Assembly (NCBI GenBank): GCA_030390025.1
Contig: CM059430.1
Coordinates: 74,028,001 to 74,092,000 of the forward strand
From: Squalus acanthias
Lineage: Eukaryota
DNA: 64,000 nucleotides
Direction of reading: 5' to 3'
This document shows positions 1 through 12,289 of this stretch, in pieces; position 1 is the stretch's first letter; the number at the start of each line of letters is the position of its first letter. The position numbers and the translations under genes are program-made. Below the pieces are notes generated by a model, which did not search any database, was not told the origin of the DNA, and saw only the letters and a program-made list of their open reading frames with translations.

Positions 1-242
1 GTATGGAGTGACCCTAAATCTATGTCCAAAAGTTTGGACATTGCCCCAGCCTGCTCGTTCCCTGTGATTCCCATTAAACTGTATGGGACCCCGTTAAACC
101 TGGGTGAATTGGTCAGATCTTCTGACTGGACCACCATGCTGGCAGCTCCGGTGTCCAGCAAACATCTCCCATGCAAATTCTCCACCCCCTTCTTAACATC
201 GTATCCCGGGGAACACAGGTAGACAGCCTGCGCTGGTTCTAG
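1..242 (-). CDS. pol: Retrotransposon aspartic protease, start of pol (partial)
   Basis: Minus-strand translation LEPAQAVYLCSPGYDVKKGVENLHGRCLLDTGAASMVVQS is in frame with gag across the TGA at 243-245. Confidence 0.85.
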
Positions 243-1987
243 TCATAGGTCTGCGTTAGGGAGTGCAGAAGGGATTAATGCACCAGTAGCTACCTTCCCT
301 GGGCCACCAAACAGGACTCTGATGGCCGCTACTATTGTGTCCAGTTTGGTGGAAGAGGTCGGTGCCTCTACTTTTGGGGCAAATGCTGGGGATTTTTTTG
401 TTAGCATATCCTTCCAGGGATTTCTACAGTCCTTTCTCCAGTGCCCCCTCTTCCCGCACCCGAAGCAGTTACGCTTCATGTCGGAAGCTTTACCACCTTC
501 CTGGTGACACTCCTTCTTATCGTGACTGGGCTTTTTCTCATGCACCTTCCCTTTCAGTGGGGTGTCTTCAGCTCCCCTACCGTTCCGGTAGGCTAGGGTC
601 AGTTGCCTGACCACTGCCTCCTCGGTGACCCGGGCGTCTCTTGGGTCAAACCAAAGCTCTGCCTTGGCTTTGACTCGTGGCAAGCTGTTTGCCACTAGGC
701 TACGGAGCCAGTCGGCCAGCTCGTCCCTGATCAGGCTAGCCCTGTCGAGAGCCCCAATGCAAGCACCCCTGTACACCGGCCACAGCCTGCCTGCGAAAGC
801 CTGTGGGGTCTCCGCTGCGAGCTGCACTGTTTTCTCCACCCGGGAGAAAGGACGTCCTTCATTCATTCCCATGGCCTCTAAAACTTCCTCCCTGACAGCA
901 GCATACCCATTCCGTCCTCTCTTGCTCTCAGTAGAGAGGGACTGGTATAATTTGCCATCTAATGAGAACAGGAGCATTTTTGCCATCTCGGCATCATCAC
1001 AGTTCTTGATGGCTGCTGCCTGCTCCACCTCCATGAAGTGGACTGAGGGGTCTTCCTTTTGGGTAAGTTTACTCAGGTGGCTTACCATAGCCCTAAGCTG
1101 TTGTGTACCGTGGGGAGGCAAAAATTGACTTTCAAGGGGTCCCTGACCTCCACCACCGGCGGGCGGGCCGAATTTTTGCTGTCGTGCTGGGCATTTTGTC
1201 CCTGGCTCCGACTTCTCCTGTATCGGTTCACCCCCCTCTCCCTGCTGCCAGACCGAGTCAAAACTCGGCGCCACAGGTGCTGGAGTGCACTCCCTGTGAG
1301 CCTCACAGATTGTCTGCCTCTCCTGCTGCCTAAACAAGCTCCTCCTTGGCACCACAGGTGGTCGTCGAACAGTTTCCCCCTGCTCTTCCAGGTCTGACTG
1401 GGACGCAACCGGGCTTATCAGGCACAGCATGATTTTTGTCTTGGACAGAGCAAGGTTCAGACTCTCAATCTGCTCCTGACAGGGGCCGTGGTGCCCTACC
1501 TCAAACTCCCTTGTACTGGCTACTCTGTAGACTACCTGAACACCGTTTAACTTCTATGTGAGTTCCCTTAATTGCTTGGCAATGCGGGTGTTCTCTTCCC
1601 GCAATGCCAGTTCACTACTTTTGCCCTCGTTGGACTGACACTGGAGGTATCCCTTACTGGCACGGTGTTCCTCCAGCATCTGTGACTGTTCCTGATCTTT
1701 TGTGCCGAGCTCTGCTAACAACCTATCCCCTGCTATAGCTCTGGCACGGGACAGTTGTCTTTCTTCCTTTAGCTCTTCTGTGAGAGCCTGAATGCGCTTC
1801 CCCATAAGCTGCATTTGTTTCTGGGAGCAGACCAACCATATGGCTTTCTCCACAGACTTAAAGTATTCGTTGCTCTCAGTCCATGCAGCTGCAGCTTCCA
1901 TGGGACGTTCAGCATGCAACAGCCTGAGGACCCATTTCTTGGTTTAATTTATTTTTTATATACATAGGATGAGATCCTCTCTTCCAT
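243..1987 (-). pseudogene. gag: gag (coiled-coil-like N-terminus, capsid-like region, CCHC zinc knuckle), disrupted
   Basis: ORFs 243..1430 and 1554..1919 share a frame and are separated by one TAG (1554-1556). The probable start ATG at 1987 is out of frame across an A-rich run near 1950. Confidence 0.8.
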
Positions 1988-2040
1988 TTTTGTTCTCTCC
2001 TCAAAACCAGCATTTACTGCTTCACAACCCTTACGCCAAA

Positions 2041-2058
2041 GTCATGCCGTGGTCGCCA
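2041..2058 (-). promoter_or_regulatory. Primer-binding site, tRNA-Arg(TCG)-like
   Basis: Minus strand TGGCGACCACGGCATGAC; the plus strand GTCATGCCGTGGTCGCCA matches 16/18 of the vertebrate tRNA-Arg(TCG) 3' end GTCCTGCCGCGGTCGCCA as recalled. Confidence 0.75.
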
Positions 2059-2062
2059 TTTA

Positions 2063-3266
2063 TGTAAGGGGTATCTTAATGGGGTCAGCCTTCGCTTTCT
2101 GACACAGTGAGCGGTTCGAATCGCTCCCACACCCGTCTTGTTCCTAGACTTTGGACTTATTTAGGGGTTGTGAACAAAATTGCAGTAAACGACAGGTTCT
2201 GATGAAATAATTTTACTTTATTAAAAGAAAAAGGTAACAAACTTGAAACACACTTATTACTTAAACACAGATTGGGGAGCACACGGTACAAGCGAGGGAC
2301 AATGACAATATATCAAACAAAACCTTATTCCTCCCAAAGATCCCACTATCTAGCTAGGTTTTTGGTTTCAGATGATCAGGGATGATGCTCACCAACCGAT
2401 CCTTGACAGGATTTTAGAGTCTTTTGTTTAAAAGACACCGTAAGGCTCGTGATGCTGCAACGTGTCCGATGGTCACTGAGGCAGTCGCTCTGGTTTCTTC
2501 TTGCGTGCTGCTCTGTTTTCTGGCCATCTTCCTCGTGGCTTGTGGCAGGTTTTGCTGGAGCAGGGAGAGAGAGCTTTGTCCGCGTGGTCAGCCAGTCTGA
2601 AAGAGAGAGAAATTATGGCACAGGCTTTCAATTATACTGTTTCTTTTTCACGCACAAAAAACCCCTTACTAAAACGGATTCCTTTAGGTTTCAAATGAAC
2701 CTTGCTTAGTCCAATTGTTTAGTTTATGGCGGGCTTGCCAGTTCGGATGGCTTTTGCTCAGTGTTAAACAAGACTTGATCGTTTTTCGATTTAAACACAG
2801 CCTTATCTACGCACCAAATCTCCACCCTATTTTGCTAGGTCTTTTGGCAGGCTTTCTTAACTGCTCTGGTCGATACTTTGGCTGATGGGTTTTTTATGGG
2901 ATAATGGGCTATGAAAACTGTGTGCTGGAAGTTTTATTTTCAGGAATCGTTTTTTCTATTTCCAGCATCCTGTTTGCACCTGGGGAATCATAATTGAATG
3001 TGTTTGTAAGTTTTTGCTTTGTCTCTTGCACCTTGGTAGGATTTGCACTGTAAACAATTCCAAGACAGCTTGATCTGTTCACTGCATGGCCATGCCCCTC
3101 GCAGCTTGTCTTGTGTCTGTGAACAGTGTCTATCCCAACAGTAAGATTCAAAAGGCAGTTTCCTCCGGTTTTTATTCCCTGATCTTTAGGTTTTTACATC
3201 AAATCACTTCACTTAGGTCCCATCATCCCAAGTTTGTATGAAAGGTCCAAAAATCACTCCCTTTAG
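2063..3266 (-). repeat. 5' LTR of the Gypsy element (about 1.2 kb)
   Basis: One terminus is TGTAAGGGG at 2063, next to the PBS. A degenerate inverted counterpart (CCCTTTAG) lies at about 3259-3266. AATAAA on minus near 2217-2222. The outer boundary is uncertain. Confidence 0.6.
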
Positions 3267-3300
3267 GGCTCTGTTCGAGTTTGTGGGTGATTTTGCGAAG

Positions 3301-6195
3301 CCTGCACGTGTCCTTCCAAATGGAGGAGGTCGCGGATTTGAGAGGTGCTGCTTTAGTAGCCTTGTCAAGTTGCTGCATTGCATCTTATAGATGGTACAAA
3401 CTGCAGCCACGGTACGCCGGTAGTGGAGAAAGTGATTGTGTAAAATGGTGGATGGGGTGCCTATCAAGCGGGCTGCTTTGTCCCGGATGATTTCGAGCTT
3501 TTTGAGTGTTGTTGGAGCTTCAATCATCCAGGAAAGTAGAGAATATTCCATCACACTCCGTAATTGTGCCTGGTCGATGGTGGAAAGGCTTCGGGGAGTC
3601 AGGAGGTGAGACACTTGCCGCAGAATACATAGCCTCTGACCTGCTCTAGTTGCCACAGTATTTATGTGGCTGGTACAGTTAAGTTTCTTGTCAATGGTGA
3701 CCCCCAGGATGTTGATGGTGGGGCCTTCGGCGATGGTAATGCCGTTGAATGTCAAGGGCGGTGGGTAGAATCTCGTTTGCTGAAGATAGTGATTGCCTGG
3801 CACTTCTGTGGCACGAATGTTACCTGCCACTTATCAGCCCAAGATTGAACGTCATCCAGGTATTGCTGCATGCAGGCATGGAATTCTTCATTATCTGAGG
3901 ACTTGTAAATGGCGCTGAACACTGAGCAGTCAGCAGTGAACATCTCATGTTCTGACTTAATGTTGGAAGGAATGCCGTTGAAGAAGCATCTTAAGATGGT
4001 TCGGCATAGGACACTGCTCTGAGGAACTCCTGCAGCGTTGTCCTGGGTCTTTAATGATTGACCTTCAACAGCCACAATCACCTTCCTTTGCTATGTATGA
4101 CTCCAGGCTGTGGAGAGTTTTCCCCCCGATTCCCATTGTCTTCAGTTTTACTCGGTCTCCTTGATGGCACACTCGGTCAAGTGCTGCCATTTGGCAAGGG
4201 CAGTCACTCTCACCTTACCTCTGGAATTCGCCTCCTTTTTTCATGTTTGGAACAAGGCTGTAATGAAGTCGGGAACCGAGTGGTCTTGGCGGAACCCAAA
4301 CTGGGTAAAAGTGAGCTGTTTATTGATGAGTAATGCTGCTTGCTAGCACTGCTGATGTCACCTTCCATCACTTCGCTGATGATTGAGAATAGACTGTTGG
4401 GGTGGTAATTGGCCGGAAAGGAATTGTCCTGCTTTTTGTGGACAGGACATAACTGGGCAGTTTTCCACATTGTCAGAGAGATGCCAGTGTTGATAGCCGT
4501 ACTGGAACAGCTTGGCTGGAGGCGCGGCTAGTTGTGGCGCACAAGTCTTCAGCACGATAGCAGGGATGTTGTCGGGCCCCATAGCCTTTGCTGTATCGAG
4601 TGCGCTCAACCGTTTCTTGATATCACGTGGAGTGAATGGAATTGGATGAAGACTGGCTTCTGTGATGGTGGGCACCTCAGGAGTAGGCCGATATGGATCA
4701 TCGACTCGGCACTTCTGGCTGAAGCTGGTTGAAAACGCTTCAGCCTTGTCTTTCGCACTTAAGTGCTGGGATCCAACATCATTGATGATGAGGATATTCA
4801 TAGAGCATCCTCCCCCAGTTAGTTGTTTAATGGTCCATCACCATTCACGACTGAATGTGCAGGACTGCATAGCTTTTATCTGATCCGTTGAATCTGGGAT
4901 CGCTTAGCCCTGTCGATAGTCTGCTACTTCCGTTTTTTAGCTTGCATGTAGTCCTGTGCTGCAAATTCCCCAGGTTGGTCACTCCATTTTAGGAACGCAT
5001 GATACTGCTCCTGGAATGCTCCACTACACTCCTTATTGAACCCGTGTTGGTCCCCTGGCTTGATGGTAATGGTAGAGATGGGGATTTGCCAGAAGATGAG
5101 GTTACAGATTGTGGTGGAATACAATTCTGCTGCTGCTGATGGCCCAGTGCGCCTCATGGATGCCCAGTTAGAGCTGCTAGTTCTGTTTGGAATCTATCCC
5201 ATTTAGCACGGTGGTAGTGCCACAGAACACGATGGAAGGTGTTCTTTGTGTGAAGACGGCACTTCGTCCATACAATGACTGTGCAGTGGTCACTGCGCCC
5301 AATACTGTCATGGACAGGTGCATCTGCGATAGATAGATTTGTGAGGATGAGGCCAAGTAGATTTTTCCCTCATGTTGGTTCTCTCACCACCTGTCGCAGA
5401 CCCAGACTGACAGCTATGTCCTACAGGACTCGGCCAGCATGGTTAGTCGTGATGCTACCGAGCTACTCTTGGTGAAGAACATTGAAGTCCCACATCCAGA
5501 GTAAATTCTGTGCCCTTACTGCTCTCAGTGCTTCTTCCATGTAGTGTTCAACATGGAGGAGTACAGAGTCATCAGATGAGGGAGGGCGGTATTTCCTAGT
5601 CAGCCGGAGCTTTCCTTGCCCATGCTTGACTTGAAGCCATGAGACTTCATGGGGTCCGAATTCAATGTGAAGCGCTCCCAGGGTCACTCCTTCCTGACTG
5701 GATAAGACTGTGCCGCCACCCCTGGTGCGTCTGTCCTGCCGGCGGGACAGGACATAACCAGGAATGGTGATGGAGGAATCTGGGACATTGGCTGAAATGT
5801 CTGATTCTGTGAGTATGAATATGTCAGGCTGTTGTTTGACTAGTCTGTGCGACAGATCTCCCAATTTTGGCACAGTTCCCCAGATGCTGGTGAGGGGTAA
5901 TTTGCAGGGTCGACTGTGCTGGTTGTGCCATTGCTTGTGTCCGTAGCCAGTGCCGAGGTCGATGCCAGGTATTCCGTCCAAGTTTCATTCTTATTATTGT
6001 GTTCCGTAGCGGTTTGTTACAACTGAGTGGCTTGCCAGGCCATTTCAGATGGCACTTAAGAGTCAACCACATTGCCGTGGGTCTAGTGTCACATATAGGC
6101 CATACGAGGTAATTACAGCAGATTTCCTTCCCTAAAGGACATTAGTGAAACAGATGAGATTTTACAGCCATCCGATAGTTCATGGCCGCCATCAC
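3301..6195 (-). mobile_element. Degraded non-LTR retrotransposon (CR1/L2 group) with endonuclease and RT fragments
   Basis: APE fragments (PDIFILTES, IPGY..RQDR..RGGG, WDFN); RT fragments (KAMGPDNIP, NYHPNSLFSIIS, GVPQSSVL, FTADCSV, ILGVTIDKKL). Many frameshifts. Confidence 0.9.
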
Positions 6196-6563
6196 TATCT
6201 GCCATCAATTGAGCTGCTTGATATGTCCGGCTTCTTCTGCTTGATCTGCTGCTGCTTGCTGATGCAACTGCACAGCCTGCAATACTGAGATTGAAGTGCT
6301 GCAGCATCATGTAACTCCCCTTTAAGAATTCGTAACAGCCTGCAGCAATAATGACTTGCGATTAAACCGTACCTGATATTGGTCAAGCCTTTGAGTGTAA
6401 CACTAATGAAGTGGGGCTTTAAAGCTTGATTTAACGTTCCAATCATTTCTTTGAGAATTAGCAAGAATACTGTGTGCAATCTCAAGTAATAGCGCCTGGT
6501 GCCAATTCTCAAACTTTTCTAAATGTACTGCCCATTACTGGCCGATAATGAAGTTCTAGCCCC

Positions 6564-9260
6564 TGCACTTTCTTCGACCTCCTCTTTATCTATTTTATCC
6601 AGTCCAGTATCTCAGCTACTTTATCTTTAAATATGACATTGGCAACATCTTCTTCCTTGGTAAAGGCAGATGCAAAGTATTCATTTAGTACCTCAGCCAT
6701 GACCTCTATCTCCATGCGTAGATCTCCTTTTTGGACACTGATCCGTCCCACCCCTCCTCTTACTATGTGTTTACTATTTATTTGCTAACAGAAGACTTTT
6801 GGACTCCCTTTTCTGTTATCTGCCAATCTATTCTCATATTCTCTCTTTTCCCCTCTCATTTCCCTTTCATTCCCCCACTGAACTTTCTATATTCATCCTG
6901 GATCTTACATGTATTCTCAACCTGACATCTGTCACACGTCCCCATTTTCTGCTTCATCTTACTCTTTACCTCTTTCATCATCGAGGGAGATCTGGCTTTG
7001 GTTACCTTACCTTTCCCCTCGTAGATATGTGCCTCGAATGTAACCGAACCATCTCCACTTTAAAGGCAGCCGGTTGTTCGATTACAATGTTGTATCCCAA
7101 TATTTGATTGCAATTTAACTGGGCCTGATCGATTCTCAACACACGCAAATTGTCCTTCCTATAATTAAGGAATTTTACTCTAGATTGCTCCCTGTCCTTT
7201 TCCATCGCAAATCTAAATGTAATGATACTTATATCACTGTTCCCTAAATAATCCCCTAGTGGCACTTGATCCACTTGATTCACCTCATTCCCCAGAACCA
7301 GATCCAGCAATGATTCCTTCCGCGTTGGGGCGGATACATACCAATCAAGAATGCTCTCTTGAACGCAGTTCAGAAATTCTTCTCCCTCTCCACACATTAC
7401 ACTGATTCTATTCCAGTCTATATTAGGATAGTTGCAGTCACCCATTATCTCTACTCCATAGTTCTTCACCTCTCAGTAATTACCCTGCAAATTGGCTCCT
7501 CTATACCGTGCCCACTAGTTGCTGGCAAATAGAATACACATAGTAGTTTAATGGCACCTCTATAGCTTCTTACCTCTCACCAAATGGATTCTGTACTTCA
7601 CCCCTCCAGAACACCCTCTCTCTCCAGCACTTTAATATCTCCCTTAATCAATACTGCCACCCCACGTCCTTTCTTTCCTTCCCTATCTTTCCTGAACACT
7701 TTATATGCAGTGGTATGTAGTACCCAATCCTGACTTTTATTGAGCCAGGTCTCCGTTATCGCCACGACATCCTATTCACATGTGCCTATTTGCATCTGAC
7801 GCACACGAACCGTATTCACCACGCTTCGTGCGTTTACACACATGCAAACCTATGTTGGACCTTCTTGTCTTCTCTCTTATTCTGACCGGACCTCATACCA
7901 TTTAATTTGTAACTCTAGTGCTATCAGTCTCTCCCAATCCTTTGTGCACCTTGTTTCTTCGTTATATTGCTGCATCCTGGTGCCCATTACCAGCAAAATT
8001 AGTTTAATCACTTCCCAACAGCACTATCAAGCGCCAGCCCCCGCAAACCACCCCCGCGACGACATTCGTCCTAGCTCTGTTGAAGTGAAACCCGTCCGGT
8101 CTGTACAATTCCCAACTGCCCCTGAAACGGTCCCAATGTCACAGCAATCTAAAGCCCTCTCTCCTGCACCTTCTCTCCAGCCACGCATTCATCTGCTCTA
8201 TCCTTATATTTCTATATTCACTCGGTCGTGGCATCGGGAGCAATCCTGAAATTACTAATTTTGAGGTCCTTCTTACTAATCTCATTCCTAGCTCCCTAAA
8301 ATGTGTTTGCATTACCTCTTCCCTCTTTCCATTTATGTCATTGATGCCGATGTGGACCACGACCTCTTGCTGTTCACTATACCCCCCAGAAATTCCTGCT
8401 GCTGCTTCGTGACACTTTTGTCTCTGGCACCAGGGAGGCTACATACCATCCCGGAATCACGTCTGCGGCCGCAGAGCCGCCTGTCTGTTTACCTAACTAC
8501 TGAATCCCCCAATCTTACTGCTTTCACAATATTCATTCACCCCCCACCCCTGCCCCTTCCCCACAACCATCCCGCTCTGTACAGCTGAGCCACCCATCGT
8601 GCCTGGGACTTGGCTCTGGCGGGTGAGATGCACTTAGGGGACTCCTGCACTACCTGTCTGTTCCACCTTGTCTGTCTGGCAGTCACCCATTCCCTCTCTG
8701 CCTGCACACTCTTTAGCTACGGGGTGAGCTCCTCCTGAAACGTGCTATCCATTAGCACTCAGCCTTATGGATGCATCGCAGTGACGACAGCTGCTGCTGA
8801 AGCTCCATAACTCAGAGCTCGAGCTCCCCCAGCAGACGATACTTCCTGGACATGTGCTTGTCCAGGACATGGGAAGTGCCCTGGCGGTCGCTCGTGGCAC
8901 AAGATGTCCATTCCACGGGACGGAGGTACCGTGTCATGCCTCTATTTAATAGACTCTTAACTAAATTAAAACAAAATTAACAGCTACTCACCAATCAGCT
9001 GATTCCCTTGTTTGGACGTCACTTTAGTTTTTTTTAACTCGCTCCCTGGCGGTGGCACTCCCCCTGGGCTCCGGACTCACGGGCCTACCTTTACTCCTAC
9101 AAATCCTCTCTCTCTCCCACACGTCCGCTCTCGGGTCTACCTTTATCTCTGGCCGCGCCTCTCGCTCTCCCGCAGGTCCACTATCGGGCATAACTTTATC
9201 ACCAGCCGTTCCTCTCGCTCTACCGCAAGTCCAGTCTCAGGCCTATTAAATAAGAGTCCT
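6564..9260 (-). mobile_element. CR1-type LINE, 5' half (ORF1 with SGNH esterase, ORF2 endonuclease), degraded
   Basis: 8139..8360 VHIGINDI...VISGLLPMPR...NAWLERRCRREGFRLL is the CR1 ORF1 esterase. 7002..7469 GDCNYPNIDW...PTRKESLLDLVL...GNSD is the APE domain. Confidence 0.88.
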
Positions 9261-9279
9261 TTCAGATGGAGGTGATAAA

Positions 9280-10995
9280 AGAAGATTTTCTGGTACAGGC
9301 AAACCACATGGTTGCGGTACAAAATGACTTTATAGGCATCTGTCTTCACTGGAGAAGAGGATGCTGCCAATGTAGCTATAAAGGAGGAGGCAGAAGCGAT
9401 GTTAAATAGGATGTACATGAATGATGGTAGTATTAAAAATAGAAAAGTAATCCTGTCTGGATGCGCTTCATCCTATGTTACTGAGGGAATTAATGTTGGA
9501 AATTGCATAGGCACTGGCCACTGTCTTCCAATCCTCCTTGGATATTGGGTTGGTTCCAAAGGACTGGAGGGTGCAAGTGTTACACACCTGTTTAAGAAAG
9601 GAGAACGGGATAACCGAAGCAACTGCAGACCAGTCAGCCTAACGTCGGTGATGTGGAACTTCATAGAGACAACAATCCGGGACAAAATGAATTGTCACTT
9701 GGAAAAGTATGGGCTTATAAATGAAAGTGAGCACGAATTTGTTAAAGGCAAATCGTGTTTAAATAAATTCATCAAGTTCTATGATAAAGTAACGGAGAGG
9801 GTTGATGAGAATAATGCGGTGACGTTGTGTATAAGGAAATTCAAAAGGCTTTTGACAAAGTACTACGTAAAACTCTTGTTCGCAAAATTAAAGCCATTAG
9901 ATTAAAAAGACAGATGCAACATAGATACAAGTTTGGCAAAGTGACAGGAAGGCGAGGGTAGTGGGGAATCGTTATTTTTCAGACTGGAGGGAGATATACA
10001 ATGGTGTTCTCCAGGGGACGGTATTAGGACGACTGTTCGTTTTAATATATATGAATGACCTGTACTTGGGTAAACAGGGCAAAATAGCAAAATTTGCGGA
10101 TAATATGAAACCCGGAAATGTAGTAAACACTGAGGGGAATAGTAACATACTTCAGGAGGACATAGACAAACTAGTAAAATGGACAGAGATATGGCAGAAG
10201 AAATTTTACGCGGAAAAAGTGAAGTGATACATTTTGTTATGAGGAATGAGGAGAGGCAATATGACGAATTGGTACAATATTAAAGGAGGTGCAGGAGCAT
10301 AGATACCTGGTGGTGTATGTAAAATATTTTTCAAGCTGACAGGATAAGTTGACAAGGCTGTTAAAAAGCATATGCGATCCTCGGCTTCATTAATAGAGGA
10401 ACAGAGTACAAAAGCTAGGAATGTGTGCAAAACGTTTATGAATCACTGGTTTGGCCTCAGCTGGTGTATTCTGTACATTTCTACGCACCACACTTTAGCA
10501 AGGATGTCAATGCCATGGAGAGGGTTCAGAAAATATTTACTACAATTTGCTAAGAATGATAGACTTCTGTTCTGGATAAAGACTGGAGCAGCTGGGGTTG
10601 TTATCCTTGAAGCCGATAAAGGTAAGAGGCGATTTGTTAAAGCTGTTCAAAATTATTAACATTTTTAATGGGGTAAATAAGGAGAAGCTTTTCATTGTCA
10701 AGAGGGTCGGTAACAGATTTAAGTTGATTGGCAAAAGGACCAGAGGCGACATGCGAAAACATGTTTTTGCAGAGCGAGTTGTTGTGATCTGGAATGCATT
10801 GCCTGAAAGGATGGTGGACGGATATTCAATATTAACGTTCTAAAGAGAATTAGACAAATGCTTGATCGGAGAAAAAGTGTACTGAGCTACTAGAAAAGAA
10901 CAAGGGGTTGCGATTATTTGATTAGCTCTACCCGATAGCCGGCACAAGCACAGGCACGATTGGCCGACTGAACTCCTTCAGTGCTCTGTCAGTGT
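9280..10995 (+). mobile_element. CR1-type LINE, RT and 3' end, degraded
   Basis: HLFKKGERDNRSNCRPVSLTSV, GVLQGTVLG, KFADNMK, FAERVVVIWNALP. Confidence 0.9.
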
Positions 10996-11389
10996 ATAAT
11001 TATTGTCTTTTATTGCCACGCAGCAAGCACACAAACGCTGAACTGCCTTCTATTAAAATGATTGCTGCATTCACCCAGAGCTATACTCGCCATTCATTTC
11101 CTCGCAAGGCGAGTGCCGCACATTGGGTGTATGCGGCGCTCCCTAAAGGCAGCCAGCACCTCTGAAAGTGGTTTTGCATTACTGGTAATATTCACGTTGT
11201 ATGGTCTTTCTGCACGTGTTTCCATTCACACCGACTGTCCCTGTCTCATGCTTTTATATTCAAATGAACCAAAGAGTTTTGACCCACGTCCTCATGTGCT
11301 TTGCCATTACAAAATGCATCACTGACTTGGCCATGTCTGGACGCTTTCGATTATAAATTCCGTAAATCTGTTGAAATCTAATATTTCGG

Positions 11390-11652
11390 CATTTGTGGAC
11401 GTGCCTTTCGCTGCTGAGGCCATAACTCTGGAATTCCCTCCCTAATCCGCTCCACCTCGCTACCTCTCTTTCCTCATTTCAGAGGCTACAGAACACTGAA
11501 GTCTTTGAACAAGCGTTTGGTCATCTCGTCGAATATCACCTTATCCTGTTAGATGTCTAATTTTGTTTGACAACGCTCCTGTGAAGCCTTGGGGCGTCTG
11601 ATTACTTTAAAAGCAGTATGTAAATTCAAGTTGTTGCTGTTGTTGTTGTTGT
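11390..11652 (+). mobile_element. L2-type LINE/SINE 3' end with (TTG)n tail
   Basis: CTCTGGAATTCCCTCCCTAA (LWNSLP motif) matches the reverse complement of the L2 at 48390-48835; ends in GTTGTTG repeats. Confidence 0.7.
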
Positions 11653-12035
11653 AAAAAGTTGTAGAATATATAAGGCTACGATATTAGCGTCAAAATGTTC
11701 TATACTTGAGAGTGTGGGGAATTTTAATTTATGCAAAAATCACTACGCATGGTCGCCATTTAATCTTGGCAGCTTTCCATTTAATTTTACCCATTCTTCT
11801 CTGGGGCTAATCATTTATTTCATAGCGCACTACTGTGTGATATAATTACGGATATTAAAGGAGCCCTTGCCTCTTCCAATGATTCCGCGCCCTTCCATGC
11901 TTCTTACGAATGAAATCTGCAGCTCTCAAGGTATCTGGCTCTGTAATAATTTTTTACTCACGCAATCCTCGATCGCTTTTGTCTCCTACTTTTTTTCTCT
12001 CCAAAACACTCTGGGATATTACAATATCAGCACAC

Positions 12036-12223
12036 ACATTTAAGATGTGAGAAGTCGCACAACACCAGGTTATAGTCCAACAGATTTATTTGATATCACA
12101 AGCTTTCGGAGCGCTGCTCCTTCGTCAGGTGAAGTGCTTCAATATAACCTGGTGTTCTGTGACTTCTCACATTTGTCCACCCCAGTCCAACACCGGCATG
12201 TCCACACCCTGACATTTAAGATG
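12036..12223 (-). mobile_element. Miniature Penelope-like remnant (inverted pseudo-LTR ends, 12-bp TSD)
   Basis: Direct repeat ACATTTAAGATG at 12036-12047 and 12212-12223; inverted repeat of about 30 bp at 12045-12074 / 12143-12172; internal hammerhead core. Confidence 0.75.
12096..12132 (-). ncRNA. Minimal type I hammerhead ribozyme motif
   Basis: UCAC CUGACGA A GGAGC-AGC-GCUCC GAAA GCUU GUGA: conserved CUGANGA and GAAA cores, 5-bp stem II, 4-bp stem I, palindromic AAGCUU in place of stem III. Confidence 0.8.
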
Positions 12224-12289
12224 GGCTCAGATTCTGAGATTGCTTTACAGAGATTTATTGAGCAGAAACATGCTGAATTGCTTTAGCTT

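Larger units (their letters stand above)
1..3266 (-). mobile_element. Gypsy/Ty3-type LTR retrotransposon, 5' part (LTR, PBS, gag, protease), continuing beyond the left edge of the window
   Basis: Gag with CCHC knuckle CFGCGKRGHWRKDC; aspartic protease motif LLDTGA (D codon 153-155); tRNA PBS 4 nt from an LTR end (...CCCCTTACA on minus, 2063). Confidence 0.9.

Noticed and set aside
2109-2126. tRNA T-arm-like hairpin GAGCGGTTCGAATCGCTC
   Set aside because: No cloverleaf or box A; lies within the LTR.
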